Positions 28,901 through 40,900 of a stretch of 64,000 nt of DNA are shown piece by piece; positions within the stretch are counted from its first letter, which is position 1; each line of letters begins with the position of its first letter. Source of the stretch: Oopsacas minuta (lineage: Eukaryota; Animalia; Porifera); NCBI GenBank assembly GCA_024704765.1, contig JAKMXF010000310.1, positions 993,999 through 1,057,998 of the forward strand, read 5' to 3'. Position numbers and translations under genes: made by a program. Under the pieces are notes generated by a model. The model searched no databases and had not been told where the DNA came from. It worked only from the letters and a program-made list of their open reading frames with translations.

Positions 28901-31900
28901 CAGAATTAGAAATGTGTGTTAAGGATGAGACAGAAATTAGTAATCAAATAGCAGAGGAATATGAGGATGAAACAACTGCAGTGTTCGAAAAATCTTCCTA
29001 TCCAAGAAAGATCTGGTAGGTAGAAAACACCCACCTTTTTCTGGGCATATTTGCCGTGTTTTTCTAGCTAGCCATAGTATATATAAATTGGGGGCGCTTC
29101 ATTTGTTCAAAAATCTGAAGGTGTCATTTGTTCGACAAGTACTTTCTATAGTGTCATTTGTACTGTGGTCTTGAAAGTTGGCCGGAAGTTTCTTTGACTC
29201 ACTTACGTGTTGCTAAGTGTGTTGTTAACTCATTAAGAAGGTGATTGAATTGGAATTTTCTTAAAATTATCTAACTAGATTGCATTCAGCCGAGAATATG
29301 AGCATTTCTAACTCACTATTGGGATAGCAGTTGTGGATTTCATGGCAATATCGTTGGAGCTTGTGTCTTGAGAGTTGGTCAGAATATCCCACCTGTTCCG
29401 CAATTCATAAATCGTCACGAGAACAATCCAATATCGAAAGTTAGGATGAAATCCAATTTCCAGTTGGAACAATTCCTAAAATTTCAATTACAAGTTGGGA
29501 CAAATTTCAGTCCGGATTTTTAGGACAAAATCCAACTATCCTTGAGAATAACCTGGTTAGTACTTATCAAGCAAACGAAAATAATATGTATTACTATCCT
29601 GGAATAATTGATTTTATGATGACAAATTATATGCCATTCTTACCCTTGTGCAGTGAAATAATTTTGGATACAATCGATACATCAGGTAATGTTCAAAATA
29701 TTAGATATCAGGCAAGGCAGTAGAAATAATTCCGATTTAGACCTTAGAGACTCGGGTAACATAGATTATCAATTGCCAAGATTCCAAACCATTGCTAATA
29801 AGGGGCGAACAGTTATTTGTGGAAGGTTAAATTAAAATTGTATAATTTACTTTTTTCTTCCAGAAATGAAATGCCCCATAATTCCAATTTACGCGAACAG
29901 TATCTTTCGCAGATGTTGCATGTTTCTGGAGATGGTAATTGCTTATTCTCCTCATTGGCATATTGGATGACTGGATAAATGATAATTTCCATCAAATTCC
30001 GTGTATAATTACTGAAAATATGGGTTTGGAAAGTTGTGATAACCTTTTAATTAATCTATCGAAAATAATTTCCACGATGAGTAATTAATTACAGAAATGT
30101 ACTTGACTACATCATCAAAACAAATATGTGTAAGACTTGGGGACTGATGTGGATAAGTTTACGGTAGCATTGTTTCTGTCAACAGATGTTAGGCTTTTTA
30201 CTGCAACTATGGGAAACAAATGGTTTTTTCGGGTGAAGAGGGTAAATGATTGATGTCACAGAATCGCCTCCAGTAAATCATAATGGAGTAGAGGTAGATA
30301 AAGACTACACTCAAGTAACAAAACGCTTTGCTTCAATATGTATTCATATTCGGGTCATGAATACTGAAGGGATTAATTATTCTAATCATCTACATTTACA
30401 CCTATTGAGGGTCAAATATTATATTTGGATAATTTATGTATTTCCTTAATAGGATATAATTTCTCTGAACCTAATTTCATGTAATTGTGGCGCAAATTAT
30501 CCCTTTCAGGATCCATGATCCTAATATGAAAGACAATAGTAGGAGATAGTGGGACAGTTCAAAGAGCATACAGACCAGGGTTTTACACAGAGGGTGGGGT
30601 GCTCAGGGATTTCCCTCCCAAAATTGTTTCCCCCCCACATAAAATTTGACCATATACGGTATATACCACTATTACATATCACGTGTGGGAAAGGTATTCA
30701 TTAGTGTTACCTACAAAAGCTAATTTAGAGAGTAATACGTCTATTTTTCTCTTTGAAAATAGCAAGAATCTCATTGAACTTAAGTGACTGTAGTTCCGGA
30801 CCTTCTATAGCGATCCTCATTAGCCTTGACAAATTACAATCAGCCAACCGATTTCTAAGTCTTGTCTTTATCATTTTCATCTGGCTAAATGAACGTTCAA
30901 CTGTTGCAGTTCCAACGGGAAAGTTAAAAGAATCTGAATAAGTTTAAATGTCTCTGGGAATATACCTGCATAGGATGTGCAAGACATTATAGAGGCTGCC
31001 ACATCCTGCATACTCGGAATCTCTGAGGTGTCTCTTGTAGTGATTAATCTTTCTTTCTCATGGAGCATTGCCCTCCTGTACACCTTCCACTCAGAAACTA
31101 AATCTTCAATATTCAGTAGTTGGGGGGAAGTGTAAATGGTTCCTTCAAATTCCACCACTACTTTTCTCCCATAAAAATCAGATAGTAACTCGATCTCATT
31201 GTTGCCAAAATTGACGAGTTGATCCTTTGGAGGAAGTTTGGCTGGGCAAAAATGGAACTTGCTACTAAAAGTTTAATAACATTGTCAGAAAATCGTCCTT
31301 TGATGTTCTCAATCAATACACACAGGTAACTTTAAAAATAGCACTGTCATGTTAAATAAAGCAGTAACAGCAGGAATCACACTTTAAGCAGGGGACAATT
31401 ACAGAGAATGCCATGCTATTGTATCGGCAGATCAAATTACTATTTGAAATCACTTTCAAGATGAAAAATACATAATATGACAAAGTGTTGTCCTTAGCCC
31501 GAGGGAACACAACATACTTGCAATCGAATATTAAATAGGAACGTCAAAGATAATGCTTGAGAGATTAAATCCTTCTGCTTATGCACTTCAAATCCCTCAC
31601 ACTATTAGCAAGCAACAAAAACAGCCTCCACTAATTTCCCCCTCCAGGTTAAACATCCTGTATAAAACCCTGCAGACCATTATACGTTTCTGATTACGTA
31701 TCTAATAAAATCAAACGCGAAGAGGAGCCGAGTTGTTCATGTAGTATAGAGGTTGAAATTATTCCCTGCAGTGGTTCTCGACTCCTTTTCTTTCGCGACT
31801 CATTATAATATTTTTACGTTGAATAATTTCAATTAGAATGATAAGACTGTAATTCACAATGTGGTAAGTTCGAAATGATCAACATCGAACTCGAACCCGA

Positions 31901-34900
31901 CCCGAAAACCCGAACCAAATTCCATCTCTATTAGAGACCATACGATCGTATGGTTGTATTAAATATATTTTGAGCCCTGTATACGAATTGGATTCATATA
32001 TTATTGAATTCTTATCCTAGAAAACGGAATATTTGTACAAAAAGTAATAAAAGTATGAAATTAAGCGGCAATCTGCTTCCGGACTATAGAATAATTATCC
32101 TGGATAATATCATAGAACACTCATGCACTAGAGTTATGATATTAAGCGGGATCCATTGCACATAAACGAGTGCTTTCGCGACTTTCTCACGTCGTTACGC
32201 AATTCATATATCTTACTCCTATCCATTACCCCTCATAATCAGTGGCGAACCTCGAGGGGGGCAAAAAACTGGTCATTTGCCCCAGATGAAAATAATAGCA
32301 TATTTTCGCGGGGGCTAATTTACCCCAAGTTTGGGAAGCACTGATCTAAACTAATAAAATTGTGTACAAGTCAATGAATTGAATATGAATAATGTGAAAG
32401 AGCAAATCTTGAGGCACGTATTGCCTCAAACGAAACCCTACAGTGCCGAGGGCGACGTCACAACAGCCACGAAGCAGTTGCTGTGTAAAAGCCTCACGTG
32501 GTGGCAAACGAATAGCGCTAGCATACTAGTATATCACGAACATATATATGCTTGTATGTCCAGAAAATGTACTCAGAAAAGTGCACAAGTAGTGTACTGT
32601 AAAATGGAACTTACCTATAATAGATCGATGAGAGGAGATGTGAATATTGAGATAAATTTGCAGAACCAACGAAATTTAGAGTCGTTGAATTAGAAGAATC
32701 AAGGTATATTCCATGAGGAAGGCTTGATGGAATAATTCTCAAAAGTTCCAATGTAGTAGCTATAGAAATAATATTAGCAATTAACTCAAAAATTTTGAGC
32801 CAGGATAGGGAGATTTGAAAACAGGGCTTGAAAAGCATTTTACTCTAAAATAGCAAATGATGCTGAGTAATGACCCGAGTACAAAAATAGGGATACGACC
32901 GCATGGTCTGTAAAGCCAATATATGCCACTAAATTTCCTAAGCCTAAAACCAAAACTGTGCAGCCATTAGGTTGCTCTATAATATAGCCGAAACTTATCA
33001 TTCGAGTTCTGTTTTGTGTATTGTGGCGACTATAGTATAGCAGCATTATAGAAAGAGCCTATAGGAAATTGTAGTGTCATTCTGGCGCAGTGGCGGTCTC
33101 AGGCGGAGGCAAACGGCATTTACCCCGGTTTAAATCTTGGCCCCAGCCTTGCCAAGAGTATACAAAATATTAGGAACGTCCCTGTTCTGGTGTCATTCTA
33201 GTTTCAGTTAGGCCCCTTTTTCATCTCTAGTTTCAAAAGTTTCAAAAGTTTCAACTACTGGCAATACTACTACTAGCAGTTGAAACGAAATCTCTAACAT
33301 GATTTGAAAAATATACAAAAAGGTGCGAAAATATGATTAATCATATGGAAAATCATGTAGATATGAAAGTGCGAAATTTGAAATCTACATACAAGTACTC
33401 GATACCCTGACTAGCAGTTGTAATTAGTGCGGGTCAGGGGTTCAATTAGTTTGTCGAATGTTTCTATTTGTATATTTATAGATCTTGTTTCACAAACGTA
33501 GATTTGTCTTCTTTCGAATGACATAAAAAGAATGAAAATCTGATACCAGTAAGCTGGTAGAATTAAAAGCTTAAATTGTCTTGGTTGAATATGCAGCGAA
33601 CTTCACACTCGTCCCTACGGACTTGGCCCCATGCCTGCGGTGAATCACTAAGGTACAGCACACACTCCTGAAATATTTGAACAAAGCAAATTAAGCATGA
33701 TTACGTTATGCTTACTTTAAACTATGTACACTACAAATTCGGAACAAATGTCAATTGAGTCGAAATTTCTCATGGATATAATTTGATGCAGCCGAATTCA
33801 TTGGAGAATTTAACGTAATTGAATTCGCTGAAATTTTAGCATAACCTACGTTCTGTTAGTGAATAAAGCCCCGTAGATCATTAGGAGATATATATATATC
33901 TTGTTTAAACGGAATTATTAAACTTGAAAGAATGTAAAGCATAGAGGCCAAATAGCAGGATAAAATTATTGGACACCACACAATTTTAGAATTTAACGAA
34001 CCATTAATTAATCTAACTGTAGCTCTTGAATAATTGTGCATCCTTGGATCGTCGAAATCGGTGATGGTAATATTGCCGATCAATTTATCACCAGTATCTT
34101 CAAAATAGAGAATCTCAGTATTGAGAGGTATCAAATTGTGTTGATTGTCATTAATAAATGTTATCATGATTGAAATGTTGGCAGTTAAATCGGTACCACA
34201 GGAACAGCAAGTGATCTAACAAAAGAAGAATGATGAGAGGTACTGGAAGAGAATCATACGCGTAAGATACCATAATTTTCCAATAAACAAACTATGGATT
34301 GCTAGATGTGACATTAGGGTTTTAGGGGCTCTTTAAAGGTTATAATAACAGGCGCCTGAATAGTGAAAATTTTGGAAATTATGAGTAACATAGCCTACTA
34401 TACATAAGGCCTCACAACTGATTATGGATATTGGACCAGTGATGAACGGTCAGAAGTGAATTTAACGAGTATGTCGTAGACTTGTTATAATCATCATAAC
34501 TCTGCATAATAATGTATTCTAGGGTATATATTCGTACTTTACAGACATTTATCATATTACGTACATAAAAAAATACGTTATAATAGTAGTAAATATAGGT
34601 GATAATTTCACATTATGATCCAAGAACGATACATAACTTAACAGAAATAAACAGTAAATCAATAAATCAATCCACGGAAAGCAGAAGTTGTTTATTTAGA
34701 TACTGAAGAGGACTATAAGTGCAATTTGGCAATGATCGAAGACCCAAAGTACCCACTTTGGGATGCAAGCTTATTTATGTATCTAATGAGTATGTTTCTT
34801 TCAAAAAGGCAGGCCAAGATGAATCCTTGTCTATTAAAGTACCAGTCCAGGCATCTTGGGAAAAAGATTCACATCACATTCGTCCAGCTTACGGATTATC

Positions 34901-37900
34901 CATTCTACTCCTCGCCTAAATAACGTAAAACAAAAGAAATACTATACGTACATCGTGATTTAAGTATAAACATAGGTTGACCTCGTTAATAAAACAAGGG
35001 TAACACTATTGACCGGATTAAACGAAAAAATAATCAAATAAAATCAAGTCCCTACAATGGTTATCCAATGATATTACAGTTATTTCCAACTCTCGATAAA
35101 GCAAATAAATTTTAACACCCGTTGGTGTTCGCACACAGTTGGCAAATAAGTGGAAGTTGAGATATTTTGACATGCTTAGATTGTGTAGATTTCATCTTCA
35201 TTATTTTCAGAATTCTATATTTCATAGAAATCTGAGTTTTGTGCTAGTGTGACTTCATCTCAAAGAGTTATGGTAAATACTTAAGAAACTAAAAAATAAA
35301 TTTAAGAAAAATGCTATTTTTGTGGTTTTAAAATCAATTCAATGTAATCATTCATATTACATATACTTTGGATATGAGTCATTCAGATAGTCCCTGTAAG
35401 AAAGAGTGCCGAGTCAGAAATTCCTGGATAAACGTGGCGCATAAATATCAAAGTATGTGGATTAAGATAAAAAATTGAACATTATTTAGAAATACATAGA
35501 AAGAAATGGTAACTTAGCTTGCAAATCCCGGAATGTGGTAATCAGAAACTTCGTATTCTCTTCAGTATTTGATATCAGAATAAGATTCATAATTTGAGGT
35601 TTGAGTTAATTTCCATTTCAGAGGTGACACGACGACGATTAGTGATAAACTATGTGGATTAGTAAAGTGGGCTCCAAATAAAAAAAAACGACCCATACCT
35701 TCTTCAGCTTTCGATATTGCGAGGAGTTTCTCAACAATTGCCATCTCCAGTCTGAATCTGTGTAATTATGTATACTCAATGTCGCCCTCCCTGATATACT
35801 TGAATCCCAAGTAAACAGTCTTGATTTCAGCAACATCTATCTGGCTTGTGTGGCATTAAAAATACCGAGAATTGTTGTCCATTGTCATAGGCCTGGCCTG
35901 AACAGCGATTGGGCATTGTATGTATAGAAATACATATAAAAGGTGGAAACATAGCGTAAGAAGTCGATTCCCTGAAGTCGAAAGGAATCCATCAAATCAA
36001 TGAAATTTATGGATTTCATGTTCTTTTCATGGATTTTTCATGGATTGTATTTTGATACCTGTATCCATATGGAGATGGCTTGGATTTGGATTAATTGTCA
36101 TGGTAAAAATGGATTACGAATTGGATTTGGAAACATCTGGCCCATGGATTACTATACTACGGCTTGCTAAGCAATGAATTTCCCAAATAATTTACCAGGC
36201 CATTGCTAATATTCGATTTGATCAAAAAGAATTTCACGTATCGTCATGAATTCAACTATTACTAGGACATCACATACGGCGGAAAAATCGGTAGATTGGT
36301 ATTAGGCACAAGATTTTTCAGGATGTTGGCGTAGTCGGAACGAGTAGCCTGATATAGATCGAAAATTACGTCGGAATGTGAGATAAAATGTTTCAAGTAG
36401 AAATAATTGGAAAATTATTAATTGTTCGAATACAAGTCTTCAGAAGGCATGAAGGCTTGAAGCAGAGCTTGCTCGTCAATCACGCTCATTTCCGCTGAGC
36501 TCCAATACTCGCTACGCCGTTCGAGCGTAAAATAATTAAGGATATAGGGGCAATTAATGTATTAATTAAGCATTACAGAGCTTCAAACTTTGAGCAGATA
36601 TTTGACATAATAGCTAAGCAATCAGATGACGTCAATTCTGCCTGACAATACTCAGTGAATGTAGACTGTGTGTATTGTCAAATATCAATAATACATTTAT
36701 TCGGGTCAAAATGTAATATTTAGCCATTGTTGCGTTGCTAGGAAAAATATATTCCTGGATATACTCAAGAGATCACTCAAACGATGGGAAATTTCACTAT
36801 TTACGAATAAGAACACATAAATCCGTTTCAAATCATTAAAATCTTAGGAGTTATATGCATGTTAAATATTGATTTGCATATGTCAAGATGGAAATAAGGG
36901 CGTCGATCCTTGAGTATTAATTCGCCCCCAATATTTTAACCTGGGGTACTGGGGACCAGGTAGGAAAATTGTTTTCACTAGGTTCATTGCTTCGATTTAC
37001 TCACAGCCTCAGAAATTCGACGGTAAGTCCCTCAGTTAGAAAGCAAGATTGTGATTGACAAAATGAATTTTGGAATATTTGAAATTGCAGCTGCAATTTA
37101 CTAATACAATTGTGGATTAATACATTTTAACTAATCGTAGAGGAGCTAAATGTTACAGGACGGTAGAGACTGAAACTAGTCTTCAAGACACAATTCGTTA
37201 CTTCTATTAGTTCTATGGTTATGAACCATTAAAATAGATGGCATTGAGAATATATCGTGGTATTGAAGCTAGAGTGGACTAAGTTAGTACTTAGTTGTGA
37301 AATTCGGAATACCATTGTGAGCATATATAATGATCCCGTATTAATTCCGTCGTATATAAAACTTGAGGAATTCGTGATTATATGTGTACATAATTCTTTC
37401 ATCATGCAACTTTTACAACGCCTAAACTTTCATTAAATGTAGGTATAAACCTACTCTTAACTGCCCAAGTGGATGTGAAATTACTTCGATCTCGTATCAG
37501 AAATGTATCATACATCCCTGCAGCGACAATATAACGTTTAGAAATATTTATCTTCAGATTAAGACTGGGGTATTGATTTGATTAGTCACTTGAGTATATT
37601 TAGAATAACCAAAAATAATTGTAAAAAAATTTGACTACATTCGGAATTATTTCGAAAAACTTGGGTAGATTCGGAAAGATCTAGATATATAGTTGAGTAT
37701 CAGTAAAAAGTTGACAATTTTCTCATAAATTTACATATGAGAACTAGAAAATGCGAAATTCGGATTCAGCTTACTCAAATCTATGTATAGCCGTTAAGAG
37801 CATCTAGGGAATATATTGAGATTGAACAATTTGTTTACTCAATATTAATAAAAACAACAATAAATCTACAAATGAGAAACTTGAGAATGCGATATTCGGA

Positions 37901-40900
37901 ATCAGCGTACTTTATTAACCATGTATAACTGTAGGAAATATGATTAATCACCTAAAAGGTGTGAAATATACACATTAGAATATTTTCAAATGTCGCGTGG
38001 ATAACTAGATGTCACTACGAGCATCGATGCCAAAATTCGAGTCTTAATCTCCAAAGGTGTGAACAGGAGAGCAAACACATATACAGCAAAACCTCCATTA
38101 GTGAACACGTTCTATTAAGGAACACTTCCGTTTAGGAGATACTTTTTAAGTCGCAATTTTCTCCTATGCTTTAACATTGATACCTACTTCCCATTAAGGA
38201 ACACCTCTCAATAGTGAACAGGGAACACTCTTTTGTGTCCCAAATATCACTTAGCCATTCATATGGACCTCCATTAAGGCACATAAGTGTTTATCAGAAT
38301 TTGTGGGGATCAACATGACAGTCAGTGGTCTCTATTTTGCTCACAGTTTGTGGGAATCAGTGTGATGCACTGGATGTTTTGTTCTTTACACGACTGATTA
38401 TTGAAATGAAATTATTTATATGAATAGTAAGCCATTTCCTATTGTTTGGTAAGCATACATATACCACTGTCTGTATGAAGATGACATTTTGTTCAAATCT
38501 TCGGTCTGTCTTTCTTAAAACAAATCATCACAATGTCTCCAACAAAATCCAGAAAAAATCTAACCCTTTCACAAAGGTTAGAGATATTGAATGAAAAAGT
38601 AGTCAGCGGGCAGTTGTCGCTAAGTCTGGCGATTCCCTGGGAATTGTGAACCGTGTGATTAAACGAAAGCTAGAACTTGAGACATTGGCCGGAAACAACT
38701 GCCATCATGCCGTTAAACGCGTATAAAAATGAAAATCTCAATGAGAAAGTGTGGGAGTGGTTCGTTGCAGCCTGATCCAAGAACATCGCAGTGTTTGGTC
38801 TTATCCTCCAAGAGAAAGCACATGTTTACACACAAACATTCATACACCTCATAAAGTTTGTGATAGGCCCCTAAAACGCAAACCTCTTATCAAGTAACAC
38901 CTCCATATTAGGAACACTTTTCAACAGTCCCAAAAGTGTTCTCTAATTGGAGGTTTTACTGTATACATGTATACATGTATACACTGCTTGGCCAAAAGTA
39001 TTGGAACATTGTACCACTTGTGGCACAAGTGGCACACGACGAGAATGCATTGAAAGATTATATGGATATGGCAGAAAGTAGAACAATATTTTGTTATCAT
39101 TTGTCGTTTATGATGTATTTATGTCCAAAAATTGTTAGAGATCATCTTATACTATCAACTAAGGTAGCATGCCTTTGGTGCCAGGTGTCAATAGTGGCAG
39201 GGTGTTCAAATACTTTGGGAGAGGTAGTGTACAGGTAAACCTCCCAAAGCGTCACCTCCGAGATACGGCACAATTCCATTCCACCGATTGATTTTTCTAT
39301 ACAAATAGTACTTCTTAAACCTCTATATACCGCAATTAAATGAATTCCGGATTGAATATTTCATTCAAAATTACCCCCGAAATCATAAATAATTATACAA
39401 ATAGGCAGTTAAACCATCCCGTTTTATATTCTATATTATTTAATTGTGGAAATTTAGGAAACTAGAGGAGTCAGCCTGAAGACTGGCCTTTCAACTTATA
39501 TGTTGTGTCATTATTTATTGTGAGATCTAAGAAACCCATACTATTGGTGAAGAGCTAGTTTGGCCCTGCGCGAAAGATATGCCTAATGATTGGAGCAAGG
39601 CAGTAAAAAACAAAGTTCGCTGTCAATTTCGAATAACACTGTCCAGCGCAGAATTCAGGAAATGTCGGAGGATATTAAGAACCAAGTCGTGGAGCAAATT
39701 AAACAGTCACTCATCAATGTCTTGCAATTAGATAAGTCAACTGATGTTGCTTCTTGTACTCAGCTGATGATATATGTACGTTATATCCACAATTCTAACT
39801 TCAAAGAAGAATTACTGTTTTTCAGCCACTTGATCTCAAACACGTGGAATAGATGTTTCCAACAAAGTAAACAACTTTTTTGTACAAGAAGGTTTCGATT
39901 GAAGAATATTTGGGGCTGTTTGCACAGATGGCGCCCCTTCTATGCGGGGAAGCCATTTTGGGTTCCAGAAACGCGTTAGACAGGTTATCCCAGATGTGAT
40001 GACAAATGACTGAATTATTATCCGAGAAGCCCTGAGGCGAAGACTTTGGCAGCCTCGCTAAATGTTATCTTGCAGGAGGTAATTAAAATAGTCAATTTCG
40101 TTAAAAGTAGCACAGTTGGATGCACAAACATTATTTTCAAGAGTTGAATTGCCACCATTTTGGAGTTCTATGCTTGGAAGCAATCCAATAGTATCAGAGA
40201 TTACCCTGATTTTACTCGTACATCCCCATCAACTTATTTGTATGAAGCGCCATTTTCTGGCATGCTAGTAAACAAAACTAAGGCAAAAATAAACTTGTTG
40301 AACCAGATCTACGCCTGGGATAATTAATTAGGGAGGGATAAAAATATTATATGACTCATTCGGCAAACATGAAGTATTCGCAAGCGGTAAGCCGTATAGC
40401 GGAAGCAAACAAAGCTTACTTGTCTTCAGGAAAAGAGGATTATATTATGCTAAGAATCATATCACACGTGTTGGTGTTACTTACATTAAACACGATATTT
40501 CTCTGGGAGTAGATCGGCTCTAGATTGTTATTCAAATATTCCAAAGAATGAATAACATCAAGGTATTGATCAAGACCTCCTTCATTCATCAGTAGAATCA
40601 TAGAACTATCATTATTAAACGAAGTTGAGGTTGAAATATTGTAACGAAGATATAGTATTTCCTAGAATTGGAGAAATAATAATAAAGAAATGATGAAAAA
40701 TGATATCTTATCATAGCATATAGCATAGCCTTCTGTATATAAGGTCTACCATCAACCCTTGAATTTTGGACTAGGGATAAGGTAGTGTAAGGCAAATATA
40801 ATATTGTTATAATATATTAATCCATTATAAAATAAATGTATCAATTAGAACTAAGAAGGCGATGTGTGAAGAAAAAGGTTGTGAAACACTGGCTTATACT

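Noticed and set aside
34719-34923. Possible PWWP-like remnant (EDPKYPLWDA...KIHITF)
   Set aside because: Similarity is too short and degenerate to support without a profile search.
35562-35836. Minus-strand ORFs (MAIVEKLLAISKAEEGMGRFF...)
   Set aside because: No recognisable motif or splice partners; probably decayed TE sequence.
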